NCBI RefSeq assembly: GCF_001194135.2
Contig: NC_068982.1
Span: 39,735,424 to 39,798,254, forward strand
DNA length: 62,831 nucleotides
From: Octopus bimaculoides
Taxonomy: Eukaryota
Direction: 5' to 3'
In this document: in pieces, positions 1-13,289 of the stretch
How the letters are laid out: every line of letters starts with the position of its first letter
How positions within the stretch are numbered: position 1 is the first letter of the stretch
Made by a program: the position numbers and the translations under genes
The notes under the pieces: generated by a model
The model's database searches: none
What the model was told of the DNA's origin: nothing
The model's input: the letters and a program-made list of their open reading frames with translations, nothing else

Positions 1-196
1 CAAAGCTGGACCTCTTCTTATCGAGAGTCCCAGATGAACCTACCTCGCGGCAGGAGGTGCAAATGAGAGTTGCTAAATCAAACTCCATTCTTCACCAAGT
101 GCCACATATTGTAAGAGGCTCCCTGTAATAACAGTGTAGCAACACGGTGGTGCATCAGCATGGCCGCAGCTCTGAGCTGAAACTTTGAAATGAAAA

Positions 197-205
<9 letters not shown>
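1..205 (+). mobile_element. 3' end of CR1-group LINE (ORF2 C-terminus, 3' UTR, A tail)
   Basis: Frame 3..128 reads KLDLFLSRVPDEPTSRQEVQMRVAKSNSILHQ, homologous to KLDAFLSTILDEPMARNETQFRAEMSNSLVHQ at ~38980-39150. It is followed by the tail GGTGGTGCATCAGCATGGCCGCAG..GCTGAAAC, an A run and (TA)n. Confidence 0.8.
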
Positions 206-244
<39 letters not shown>

Positions 245-250
245 ATACAC

Positions 251-460
251 ACGAAGTGATGCTGAAAAGTTCTTGGCTTTGGATAAAAGAAAATGCAGGT
301 AGATTTTTTAATTATGGTATTATTTAATATATTCCTCTCTCAGATTTACATACTGCAGTTGCCCTTCAGTTTTACAAAACTCTATAAGTGAACACGGGCG
401 GTTGGTCCTTCAATCAAGTCTTTCTCGATTCATTTAAATCCATCAACTTCTCAGTCCCAC
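251..460 (-). mobile_element. Mariner-derived MITE (decayed; opposite orientation to 8831-9049)
   Basis: Starts ACGAAGTGATGCTGAAAAGTTCTTGGCTTT and ends AACTTCTCAGTCCC (imperfect TIRs). The internal sequence matches the reverse complement of 8850-9049. Confidence 0.65.
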
Positions 461-894
461 TTGGTGCGCAAATATGTGTGTTTGTGTGTGTTCATGTCTG
501 TCTGATTGTGTTTGTGTGTATATGTGTTAAGAAAGGAGGAAGTGAAGTGTGAATTTACATATGTGCGTGAACATCAATTATTAAATTAAATGCATACCAC
601 ATTTTGACCATGGTATCCCAGTGAGTATGAAGAATTGTTAGCAAATAGGGATGACAGCTTCTTTGCCTTTGACTGTTAGTATTCTCTTGAACCATAGAAA
701 GGCAAATATATCATGGAAACGCCATACATGACAGGTCACCTATCTTATATTTCCATTTCTATCCGATGATTCTTATCAAATGAGAAACGCCCAGATCAGC
801 TTATATTTCTGATTGTAAATATTGTATCGAATTCGAATTTATCATAAAGACGCTCACATGTACAAATTACACGCAAGCAAACACACGCACGCAA

Positions 895-895
895 A

Positions 896-946
<51 letters not shown>
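895..946. repeat. (CA)n microsatellite within a TA/CA/GGAT simple-repeat field extending to ~1510
   Basis: Directly visible. Confidence 0.95.
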
Positions 947-948
<2 letters not shown>

Positions 949-2594
949 TCACAGATACGCAAAAAGCATAATGTGTACGTTCATATAATTGTTTTGATAT
1001 ATGAATGTATATAGCTATATACATATACATATATATAATAACATTTATACATATGTATATATATATATATACACACACAAACACATATACACATAATATC
1101 GTGAAACACACATATAAAGATATAAATAACAACATGTTGAATGGATGGATCGATGGATGGATGGGTGGATGGATGGATGGATATATGTATGTGTGCATGT
1201 ATGTATTGTTAAGTCGGAGGTTAATGTAGAGAAGGCTTTTTCTAAACTGTCACGCCATGGGTGGAAAACGAAACCACGATTGTTCGACGTCTTAAACACA
1301 CACCAATGCGGACAGTTAATAAGTAGCATAATTGTCCTTTATCGAATAAATGCACATCCACACATATATACACAAACAAACACACATATTATTATACATA
1401 TATTTATATAGACTACATTTTTATATAGACTCAAACTCACATACATATGCACACAACTTATATATGTATGTGTGTGTGTGTGTGGTGTGTGAATGCATGT
1501 ATGTTTGTGAATGTATATATGTTCATCTATGCCCACGCAATTTCGTACTCTCACACATACGATGGAAACTGCCACCGCATAATTCGTTTCTTATAAAATA
1601 AGTTGCTCTTCTCTCCTAATTAACAGAAACATCAACTTCAATAAGACAAGAAAAATTCAATTTTCAGCTTCAAATATATATGTACAGAGACAGTTTAAGA
1701 GATTTAATGCAATTTACTTCTGAAATGTTCTGTATTAAGTGGTGCTATTTGTATTAATATACCCTAAAACTGTTTTCACTTTTTATTAAACTATTTTGAT
1801 ATTTAACAGTCATAATGTCTCAGATATAACAGAAGTGGAATGGATTATTCTTTGTGACATATACGCGTGTCTCCAGGCTATAGATGACGTACACGGAATC
1901 AAGTTTAAGTCTGCGTCCGCGAAAGTAATCGAATCGAAGTTAATTATAATGAAATAATCTAAAATCTGTAGCTTAAATAGTGTGGAAAATAAAAAGAAAT
2001 GTAATGAATATTACAGGTATACACAATAGTTATTAAGACAGAAAAAATAGTAATTAAGAAAGGAAAGAAAGAAGTATCTATGTTTTATTTCCACAATTCA
2101 TGGCGGTAGCGTAAGTCTTGTGAAATAACTTAAGAATTTTAAACCGTTGTCAAAACATAACGTAGTTTTGGCCTCATTGTTCATGCCACAAGTAAGTAAA
2201 TATTTCCTTTTCAGAGTCATATCTATGGAACAGTGTGAATAAAAAATGAGTGTGAGCTGCTAAAATTTGTAGTCAAAGCCATTTACATCAGAAGCGGTAC
2301 TTTGATGTCTTTAATCGGAAATAGAGGTCACGACTTAGAATCTTAGCACCACGATGGGTTTAAGTTTTCAGCAGTTTTTAATTTTTTTTTTTTTTTTTTT
2401 TTTTTTGGGTTTCTGTCTGATTCTGTGAAATTTTAATGTTGCTGCAATGAAAAACAAAGATACAAGGCTGCACAACATATTTCAATGAAACAAAGTCTGT
2501 GAAATAACAAAGGCAGTATCAATAGCATTACACACAACACCAAGTAAACTAGTAATGATATATAGCTAGTATACAGGGTGCTATATGTATTGCA

Positions 2595-2650
2595 ACTACT
2601 ACTTCTACTGCTACCATTATTGCTGCTGCTACAGCTACTACTGCTTCCGT

Positions 2651-2697
<47 letters not shown>

Positions 2698-2723
2698 ACA
2701 ATAATAATGATAATAATGATGAT

Positions 2724-2789
<66 letters not shown>

Positions 2790-2790
2790 C
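2595..2790. repeat. Compound trinucleotide microsatellite (CTA/CTG)n-(ATG)n-(ATA)n
   Basis: Directly visible; source of the poly-L/I/S pseudo-ORFs. Confidence 0.95.
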
Positions 2791-2886
2791 TCCAACAAAA
2801 CATGTTGAATTCACTCAGATCGTAAAGTCGGACGAAATGCCGCTAAGCATTTTGCCAAGCCCGATAGTCACCTAGATAATAATAAA

Positions 2887-3070
2887 TTCAAATTTTGATA
2901 CAATGCCATCAATTTCTGGAGAAGGGGTATGTCGTTTACATCGACCCCAGTTCTCAACTGGTACTCATTTTATCAACCTTGAATGAATGAAAGGCAAAGT
3001 AAACCTCGACAGAATATCAACTCATACCGCAAAGACGGCATGCTAACGATTCCTCCAGCTCGCCACCTCC
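2887..3070 (-). mobile_element. tRNA-derived SINE, family A (internally deleted)
   Basis: Reverse complement reads GGTGGCGAGCTGGAGGAATCGTTAGCATGCCG...ACTTTGCCTTTCAT...AGTACCAGTTGAGAACTGGGGTCGATG, matching the copies at 28761 and 62581. Confidence 0.8.
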
Positions 3071-3077
3071 ATAGTAT

Positions 3078-3150
3078 TGGTGGTGGTGATGATGATGATG
3101 ATGATGATGAGGAGGAGGAGGCGGCGGCGGATAATGATAATAATAATAAT
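3078..3150. repeat. Compound (GGT)(GAT)(GAG)(GCG)(TAA) microsatellite
   Basis: Directly visible. Confidence 0.9.
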
Positions 3151-3289
3151 TCCAAAACATATGAAACAAAAAACAAAAACAAAACGAATTGCCATGAACG
3201 AACACAAAAAGGAGCAAATAATCACTGAGTTTAAAGCATCACTAAACAGTTATGCTCAGAAATGTATCTACCAAAAAGAATAATACTGT

Positions 3290-5830
3290 AGAGGCAAACT
3301 TCGATCTATAAGCCTCGTGCGATCATGATATGAGAAACATATCCCTTCAAACAACTCGGAAGGAATGTTCTGTCGAATAGTAAATCCCGTTTCCTAATGC
3401 CAACGTGATGTTTTAACCATAAGACAAAACTCATGCCAGATCAGTCATCGCCAGGAACAATAAGGGCTGTATTATCCTGCTGCTGGAATGAAGTCACCCC
3501 TCACCAAACAAAAAAAAAGAAAAAAAAACGATGTAGCAGGTAACTAGGACCAGGAGAATTCTAATCATACACATGTAGCGACACCGCTAGAATCTCCACC
3601 AAAAGCGAAACTCATCAAATGGGTTAGAGAGGATTATAGAGATGTATTGGAAGCTTTTTACACAGATCTACAAAACTCAAATAATAACCTCATTGTACAA
3701 ACTTACACTTCATGAAGTAATTTAGCAGGCAATAATGTACGAAGCTACATAGATGCAAATGAATTAGTCAACGTACATAGAAGTATCATTAGGAACAAAA
3801 GACTAACAAAAGATGAAATTGACCAAATTAGGACACAGATATCTCATGGGAGACCAAATCAAAACAGTAGCCATGTAGATGAAACACAAAACCTGTTGTA
3901 AGAACAGTAATGTGAACAAGAGAGAAGCTAAGCAAAGAGTAGCGATGAAAAGAGACGCAGAATATAGGAATATGTAGAATTACCGCAAGAATACTAAAAT
4001 AGCCATGGAACATAAGATGAGGTTAATAATAGAGAAAAAATTATAAAAGTAAAAAATTACAAAATTACAAAAATTATGAGGGAATTCAGTAACACTGAGT
4101 TTAATTTAGAACCGCTACCAAAGTTTACAAGCGGCACAAAGAATAACAACAAAATCATGATATATAACATGGGCTCTAAAACAGATTTTAAGAAATAAGG
4201 GAATTGATGAAACAATCTAAAAATATATTGTCTATTCCATTACTTTAGTAGTTACTGCTCACCTAGGTATTAGATGACAAAGAAAAAGATCTGATATGTC
4301 GATAAAGATTCTAGTCAAAGGCAAAAATACAAAATGTAATTACATCTCTGCGGGCGGATGCGTCAGTTCTTGGTGAAATTGTTACAGGAGTAAATATTAA
4401 AACAAAAAATTCTAGAAAAATAAAACAAGAATATCAAACCAAAGATCATATAAACCACCGTGCTATTAAGGAACTATTGAAATAGCGTACACCGTTAAAA
4501 GCCCAACAGCTTAGAAGATTTGATGAATGAAACATATCTTATAGTCAAAATAAAATGTTCAAAACAGGCGCAAAGAAGTCTTATAGGTAAATTGGCAAAA
4601 GAAATATAGCGGTGAAGGATCGACGAAGTGGATGAGTTCTAGAAGAAGATATGGAGCAAAGAATAAGATTATAATGCTGAAATTTACTGAATAGAACATG
4701 AGGAGAAAGTGTGTGAAGTTGAAGAACAGAATTGAGTGGCAAATAATAGAGATACCTAATAAAACGTGTTTTATTAGGTATCAGAAACGGAAAGCTCTTT
4801 AACTGGACGGCATCGCTAATTTCTGGCTGAAATGTTTCACAGAAGTACAGGGATATCTCGCTTTATTTCTAACTAATATACAATATTTCTCCAGTCATCT
4901 CCAAATTCTTACGAAATAACTTGATCTCTTTCAAAACCATAGTAACTGGATGAACAAATACAACAGCATCAACATCAAACGAGGTCTCTTTCAAGGTGAT
5001 TCCCTCTCCTTATTACTTTTTTGCATGGCACTTATCTCACTCTGAAATGAATTGAATAACACCGGATATGAGTATAAAATTCTTAACAAGAGAATAAACC
5101 AACTGTTTTACATGGACGATCTAAAGCTATTTGCAAGAAATGACCAAGAACTAGAAGAGCGGCTAACAGCTGCTGAAGAATTTAGCAATTACATTGGGAT
5201 ACGTGTTGGCCTCGTTAAGTGTGCTAAAGCAACTTTCGTAAGAGATAAGCACAGACACACCGCATTTATTAAATAAGATGTTGACACTACCATCAAGAAC
5301 GTTCATCCACAAGAAAATTAGAAATACCTGAGAATAGATGAAGATAGCATATGTCATGACACTATGAACAAAAAAATAAGTAAGGTGTAATATAGGAGAA
5401 TAAGACTTGCACTGAAAACTGAACGGTAGTCTAAAAATCACATGGATGCCATTAACACACTGGTACTTCCTGTAGTCCGGTAGTTTTAATATCATAAACT
5501 GGAATGCTACAGAACTCCAAAGAATGGCAGGAAGGCAAGAAAATTATTCAAATCTAATCACATGCACCACCCTAAGGCACATGTTGGCCACCTGTATCTG
5601 TCCAGTGGGGAAAGTAGAACCTTACTATAAAACCTCTGGTATAGGCACGAGCAAAGACTTATCCAGTACAGAGGACAAAATGCTGCGGTTTGTGAGCGAA
5701 CATAAAAGCATCAAAAAAAAAAAAAAAAAAAAAAAAAGTCGCATTCTATTTTCAGGGAAGTTTGTAAATTCGCAAAGGAACATGGCATTAACATCAATTA
5801 GATGAAGAACCTGAAACAACTACTACCCTG
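3290..5830 (+). mobile_element. Heavily decayed R4/Dong-like (RLE-type) non-LTR retrotransposon with an internal deletion
   Basis: Collinear broken motifs: IKWVREDYRDVLEAFY (~3610), DANELVNVHRSIIRNKRLT (~3750), AQQLRRFD..SQNKMFKTGAKK (~4500), LDGIANFWLK (~4800), IKRGLFQGDSLS (~4975), INQLFYMDDLKLFA (5095-5140), KYL..MDAINTLVLP (~5320-5470), MHHPKAH (~5560). Many stops and frameshifts; ends are approximate. Confidence 0.8.
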
Positions 5831-5836
5831 CAAGCA

Positions 5837-5837
<1 letters not shown>

Positions 5838-5909
<72 letters not shown>

Positions 5910-5922
5910 CGCGCGCGTGTGT
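5838..5922. repeat. (TA)n(TG)n microsatellite
   Basis: Directly visible. Confidence 0.95.
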
Positions 5923-8830
5923 ATGATTCAATAAATGCACTAAACCTCCAAAGAATAATTAAAAATGCAATGTGAACTTACAAGCGTGTATAAACTAATC
6001 ACTCATTCGACCTCACTGGGAAAATTTGATATTACTGTTCAACAAAATTGTCTTTTGTACTCCCTGTGATTAGATATAGAGATCGATCTTAATAAATTTA
6101 TCTATTGCTGAAGTTTCATCAGAAATCGTTTACTTTATTTCAGGTCACGGAAAGAATAGAATGTTATTGCTATATATTTTTATTGCACAATGGAACATCA
6201 ACTTCTTTCTCCAATTTACAAGACAACTTGAATGAATTAATAGAAGCACTACACAGCAATGATATAAATATTCTTGTAATGTAAAAACTAAGTGCCTCAG
6301 TTTAAACCAATGGATACCATATCAATATCACTTTTATCTGTGACAATAGAAATAGTTAGATTTATTTAGTCTCAGCTTTTGCTTTTTTAATATAAGAACG
6401 GACCTATGTTTGCTGATATAAATACGAGTTTATTAAAAAAACACAGTCTACTAGCTTAGATCACATATATCTAAATTGACCATAAAAGCCTAAAAATTGA
6501 AGTTGGTGTAATTTGTCTGCATTGGCGTATTGGGAAAAGTTATTGAATATGTGTCAGACAATTTCAAATGTGTAGTGCATTGACACGATATTAGGATGCA
6601 TTTATGATACAATTCTATTTCACAAATGGGCGGACTTTTGCCATGAATATTACCAAATACCGAAAAATTTCAATTTATCCTGGCGTATCAGAATATAGAT
6701 ATACACGAACATCTAGGAATCCCATTTAGGTTTTCTCCTTCCTCAGCACCCATCCAACCCATTAATCATTCACAAATTCATTGCTTAAATGGCCACTAAT
6801 TATCGCAAAGGTTCTGAAACCGCATTCCTATACTGAGACCTATAAATTTCAGGGAAACTAGCTTCACACTTCCCCCAAATCCACAAATAGAGGTCTTATC
6901 ACATATAAATCATAATACCGAAAGTATCTGTCCCACTGTTTCTTCCTACGAAGTAACATTTGGGTCTGTTGAATTCTGTGCTTGTTGGAACACAATGATG
7001 AGACCCACAGCGGCATTTGAATTGCAGAAGTCTCTTTTGAGACAAATGTGGTGCTCTACTTCTATATTTTGTTGGGTTGATGCCAGAGGCTTAGAAGTCC
7101 TCTGTCGTTTGCCAATTCGAAACATAAGTGCCGACGATTCAAACTGCCAACTTCTACTGCTGTCTCGCAGCATTATAAACTTGGCGATCTCTCCAGCTTC
7201 TCGTGTTGAGGAATTTATTTTGTTTGTATTCGGTATTATATATTTCTTAATTTTGTTGTTATAGTTGTTGTTGATCATTACGATGTTGCTATTCTAGGTG
7301 ATTTCCGTTCTGTCTAAAGGCTAACATCATTCAAATGACCTTGATGGCAAATGAAGTATTTAATGTCAATCCCTTCATATTCGTCTCGTCTAATGTTTGC
7401 TGTTCCCGATACTTGGAAATATACATATATACACACGCATACACGCGCATACACACATGTAAAAGTAGGTATGTAGTACAATGAGGATAAAAAGAAAAAA
7501 AACAATAGCAACACTATTATGCATAAGTTGTGGCCGAAAATTGGAAGACAAGTTAGATCGTACAAGAAATTGCTTTGAGGTATTCATTCCGGGTTTCTTT
7601 CATTCAAGTTGAAATACCACTGAGGCCAACCTTTTATATGTTCGGAGTCGATGAAATAGAGTACCTGTCGCCAAGTGTAGGACTATCACGTGGTCATAGG
7701 AGGCATCAATGGAGTTTACTCTGGTACAAACATCTGGATTGCTTCTCCAGAGCTGCTTTCCTTTCCTAAGCGTAAATGACAACTGTTGCAATTATAGACC
7801 ATAATAAATAAAATCAAGAATTCAAGAACTTTCTTATTTCTACAAAGCGAAATATAGGTCGAAAAGTGCCATATATGCACACTACAATGGAATAGATTCA
7901 TAGCAGCTTACTTTAGAGAACTGTCATGCCAGACAATCAAAAATGTACTGATGTGAATAGGAACAGCATTGCTCCGCTGAAATTCTAATGACAGTCTTCA
8001 ATTTCTTACTTCTCTCTTAAATACAACGCCATATGTATTCTCGAAAATATACATTATTTATGAACATAAATCAGTTTGTGGCAGCAAAAATGCATATTTC
8101 TAGAAGTAAAGTTCATACATACTTGAAAATATAGATAACTGTAAAAGTAGGTATGTAGTACAATGAGGATAAAAAGAAAAACAATAGCAACACTGTATTA
8201 TAAATGGCATATGAAAAACATGCTGTATTTTGAAAAATTACATTGATGATCTAAGCTTATATTTATTTTCTTACTGTCATAAATAACGATTTCTTAGCTA
8301 AGGACACTGGGAATTCAGTACGTTCGCAAATTTCACAAGAGAATTAGTGACGGAATAGTGAAAGGAATCAACTTCTATCACAATATGATTTCTACAAATG
8401 ATTTCATGACAACAGAAAATGGCTTATTTTAAAGTATGGGATTCCAGAAATCCGTTGATAAAGAACGAAAGAATATTTAAAATCGATTTGTTTCCAAGGC
8501 CTTCAATAGCAAATATAACTTTATTTCTAAAATTAAGCTTGATTCAATGAGGAAAATATAAACGGATATCAAAAGATTAAAATTCCCACAGAATTCTTTT
8601 GTAAACAAAAATATCTATGGAATATATTTCCGAAGGAAAATAGGCTGCTACTCAAAGCCCAATTACACCTACTTAGAATAATAAAGACTGCTTTTCTTGT
8701 GGCTGTCGTGAAGTGTATTTGAAAATCTAATTTTACTTTTAAAAATAGTCGCAATTAATTTAAGTTTACTAGATCAGAAGAAATGTAAACTTTAGAATTT
8801 TCCAGTTCTAGTTCAAATTCAGATTTATTA

Positions 8831-9049
8831 TACAAGAGATGCCGAAAATTTCCTGGCTTTAAGGCTATTGCAAAAGGCCTAATTGGAGGCTTAACCTTTC
8901 GAGTTATTTTGCTGGGTTTAGAAAAACTGAAGGACCGCTGCAATAGGTGTGTGAATATGAGGGGAGGTTATACTGAATAAAATCAAAACTAATTGATCTT
9001 CTTGTATTTTCTTTTACCCAAAACCAGAGAATTTCAGCACCCTCGCGTA
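8831..9049 (+). mobile_element. Mariner-derived MITE (~220 bp) carrying the transposase C-terminus
   Basis: Left end TACAAGAGATGCCGAAAATTTCCTGGCTT and right end AAAACCAGAGAATTTCAGCACCCTCGCGTA form imperfect TIRs with TA ends. The interior reads GLEKLKDRCNRCVNMRGGYTE*, resembling the mariner C-terminal G..KL..R..KC....G.Y.E motif. Confidence 0.7.
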
Positions 9050-9958
9050 CAATATTAAACCGGGACACATTTTTAACTCTAACTGTACACCCTAAAACAT
9101 TTCTACTGGTTTGATAGATGAACGGTAGCGATATTTAAATGGTTTTTACCTACCGAGTTAAGATTTTGTCGTAATCGAATTTGTCTTCTATTCTCTGTCG
9201 TTACAGCTATTATTATTTGTGTACTGATATCACTGTAAACAACGACAGCCACTTCTTATGCTTGAACTCCACGTACCTATGTTAGATAACAATATTTTAA
9301 CATTTTTAAGGGTTAATATCGAATACGTTTATTTCTGAACGTGAACGATTAATTCAAATGAACTGAAAAGAGGGATTTCGTTCTTTTGTGTTAAGTTACT
9401 TTATTATGTGACTTCAAATGATTGGTGTAATGAGGACTGCAGATGAATGAATTGAGTATATTTTTATCATCTAATCAAAGACGTCGTGAATATCCAACTA
9501 TATCCTAAGAAGTCCTTAGAAAATCCAAGTGTCAGTCCTAAATCTCAGTCGTATAAAAACATCCGATTTCGATCTTAAAATGTCTGCAGTTTGGAGTATA
9601 TATTTCATCGGGCGAAATCGGCAATGTAATTTCATATAAATTTCAAATTTTTATCTTATCAAAATAAAGAATAATTTAATGTTCAAACCCTGTTAGCTAA
9701 TAGTCAAATTAAGCAAATTATTTTTAAGAGTTGGAGGCGACGAAACTGAGTTCATGGTGTATGTATCGAAGGAAAGTGTAGAAGGAAAGTGTATTCTCGG
9801 AATTCGGATGCTTACATCTGAGGGGAAAGGTGGTTGGAAAGCTTTTAGTAAAGATTTTGAAGGGTCGCACAGTAGAATAACAAGATTTGGAGAGAAAAAG
9901 TAAAAGCCACACATACGCATAAATATAGATACATAGAAGGAAACAAACATATGTTTGT

Positions 9959-9997
<39 letters not shown>

Positions 9998-11361
9998 CGC
10001 ATATGTATGTATGTGTTCATACATATACATACATACATGTATTAACTTCCACATGAAAAGGTGCAGGAATGTATTCTTTGGTTTTCTGATTGTATGTTAT
10101 TTGTGTTGGTGTGGTGGACAGACGACTCATGTCAGATTAGGTGTTCACATCCCTTTTAAAGAGCGTCTTCTTTTAACCTGTGATTGTTGAGGGTTGCATA
10201 CTTTGGTTGAGTGAAGAAATGTGGAGGACAAGCCTAGGAGAATGTCAATGGCTCAGCGCTTAGGTGACTGATATGAGTCCGACATCAAGAACATTAACTG
10301 AATACTTGTCTAGAGTTCCACTTTTGGTTGAGTAGCTGATTTTATGTCCTGAACGGTTCAGAGATAAAGGGCTGTGTCCCAGTGTAACTACGCAATGCAT
10401 ATTCTCTTGCTTTGGCAGTTGTCTGAAGAGAACAAATATATCATTATGCTAAGAGGTGCAAGAAGTTATAAATAAAGAAAAAAATTCCAACAGTATTATC
10501 TGTGTGGGATGGGTCTGGTAACCAATACAGTGTGCATATAGAAATCAACAAGGATAAGGACACATCTTGGGTAGAATACTTGACTACACCAGGAAAATGG
10601 TTAACTGTCACGACAAAAATAAAAAAAGCAAGAGAAGGAATGTTCTAAATACTTAAATATATCAGAGCTGGAGAGTAACTGAATAAATTGTTTCCCTGTA
10701 CTTTTTACAGTTAATCATTCGTAATATATTTTTTACCTCATTTGCAAGATTCTCGATGAGATCCCTGTGTTGAAACATATTATTGTATCTCGAGAGCTTT
10801 ATTATGCTAATAATAGGCTCACACACTGGCAATATTTCGTTTCTTTACTATTTATTTTCTAAATTAGTTAACTATTACCTAAATGATTGATTAACCGAAT
10901 GGTTAATGAAGCAATCGACTAGTTAACTGAGTAGATGTTTAGCAACTGACAAATTAATAATTAAAAATGAAATGCAACCAACGCGTGTGTTTATTTTTGG
11001 CATAATGACCTTTCCGAGATATAATGGGGAGTATTATTAAAGGCTACTAAAATATTGGTTAATGAGATAAATATATAAACCAGTATCCATTATGTTACTC
11101 AGTAATAGAAGTTACTCGGTAAATCAACAATAGTGTCGCTCTGGGATACGTACATAAACCAGTGTAATTTATGGAAATTGAAGTGAATAAGGACAGGATT
11201 TAAGGAGAGAAAGATGAATGAAATAAGTATCCCAAATGCTCCATCAAATCTAAAGTATTTTAATGATCAGTAAATATGCTAGGTAGATAAAACCAAGAGT
11301 AAAAGAGAAACTTAGAGCCAGAATAGCTGAAATTGCTGATATCCAGCGGAGCTAGGTAAGT

Positions 11362-11765
11362 TGTAACGATCGTTGATGTGACGTAAGTGAAGCCACGACC
11401 TTTTAGAACGCAGGTTGAATAATGTTGTGTCGACGCCCCCAGGCGAAGAAGTAGGATCTCCCAAGATATATAAATAGAGGTAGTCTGGCCGTGGTAGGAG
11501 TGTTGAGTAGCAGTCGAGTAGCAGTCGAGTAGCAATCGTGTAGCGGTTGAGTAGCGATCATCCGAAAGTGCTAGATAGCAGTAGCTTGAGACATAACAAA
11601 TAATGAGCGGAGACTGTAGAGTGGACGAGCATGGACAGATGTAATGCGAAAAAGGAGTTTCGTTGATATAAACTTTGCTTGAGATTTCAGTGTAGTTTCC
11701 ATTAGGTTATTATATTTTATTATAAATATTTGAAAGATGAAGTGTTTTAATAAAGAGAAATGACA
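11362..11765 (+). mobile_element. Possible solo LTR
   Basis: TG start (TGTAACG), TATATAAA at 11467, ~5 copies of an 11-mer GAGTAGCAGTC at 11505-11560, AATAAA at 11749, and a TGACA end. No TSD found. Confidence 0.3.
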
Positions 11766-11885
11766 TCTTTTGTTAAAAGAAATTTTATTATCTTTTATGT
11801 TGGGTTTCTGTTAAAGTATTCATAATTCTCCACAAACGAAGACACTTAAAATCCAATCTTTAATTTTTCGATATTTTACAAAAAA

Positions 11886-12060
11886 TCGTCGTCGTCGTCG
11901 TCATCATCATCATCATCANNNNNNNNNNNNNNNNNNNNNNNNNNNNNNNNNNNNNNNNNNNNNNNNNNNNNNNNNNNNNNNNNNNNNNNNNNNNNNNNNN
12001 NNNNNNNNNNNNNNNNNNCCTCCTCCTCCTCCTCATCATCATCATCATCATCACCACCAC

Positions 12061-12100
<40 letters not shown>
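11886..12100. repeat. (GTC)(ATC)(CCT)(ATC) trinucleotide array spanning a gap
   Basis: Directly visible. Confidence 0.9.
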
Positions 12101-12101
<1 letters not shown>

Positions 12102-13041
12102 ACAACAAAATCAATGACGTTGTTGTCGTAGCCAACGCCGTCACCACTACCATCATTCTCATCAAACTAGGTAAAGTGCGTCATCACTGAGAGGAGAAAA
12201 ATTAACTTCTTGGGGCGAATACTTGACAATGCCAGGAGAATGATTAAATGTCAAGACATCCTCAAGAGAGAAATAAAACGCAAAGGTAACAAGAGAAATG
12301 TTCTAAATGAATAAATAATTAAATCACGAAACGAAAGCGATTACATAATCTATTTTCTTGTACATTTATGCTAATAATTAGGGATATCATTAAAATATAT
12401 AAGATAGCAATCTTGGTAAATGCAGAAATTATTTCAGACATTTATAGCAGCATTCTCTATATTACACAGTAATAGCTGACTGTAAAGTTAAGGTATCGAT
12501 TGCAAATTCACAGCAATATATATACATATATATATTTGATAGTTTAGTGAGAGTGTTAACACGTGTGTTGGCATGAAAATATTTGATAAACTGCACCATA
12601 TATATCTGAAGTGAATTAGATGCCAGCAAATTTTAACAGTTGACTGAGCTAGAGTGTATTACGGATCATATAAAATACACTTGCGAGTAAATTTCGAAAG
12701 TGTAAACTGTTCGTAAGAAATCACGACGCATGCCTGCATGCATACATACACGCATATATATATATATATATATANNNNNNNNNNNNNNNNNNNNNNNNNN
12801 NNNNNNNNNNNNNNNNNNNNNNNNNNNNNNNNNNNNNNNNNNNNNNNNNNNNNNNNNNNNNNNNNNNNNNNNNNNNNNNNNNNNNNNNNNNNNNNNNNNN
12901 NNNNNNNNNNNNNNNNNNNNNNNNNNNNNNNNNNNNNNNNNNNNNNNNNNNNNNNNNNNNNNNNNNNNNNNNNNNNNNNNNNNNNNNNNNNNNNNNNNNN
13001 NNNNNNNNNNNNNNNNNNNNNNNNNNNNNNNNNNNNNNNNN

Positions 13042-13058
13042 AGACAGACAGATAGATC

Positions 13059-13101
<43 letters not shown>

Positions 13102-13120
13102 GCAAACATACATACATACA

Positions 13121-13152
<32 letters not shown>

Positions 13153-13260
13153 AGTGTGTGTGTGTGTCTGTGTGCGTGTGTGTGTGTGCGTGTGTCTGTG
13201 TGTGTGCGTGTGTGTGTGCGTGTGTGTGTGTGTGTGCGCGTGTGTGTGCGCGTGTGTGTG
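13042..13260. repeat. Compound (GATA)n-(CATA)n-(TG)n microsatellite
   Basis: Directly visible. Confidence 0.95.
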
Positions 13261-13289
13261 CAACAGTGCTGTCTTATAACATGGATACA

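Noticed and set aside
6946-7278. Overlapping 110-aa (-) and 89-aa (+) ORFs in moderately GC-rich sequence
   Set aside because: No recognisable motif or convincing splice sites in any of the frames examined.
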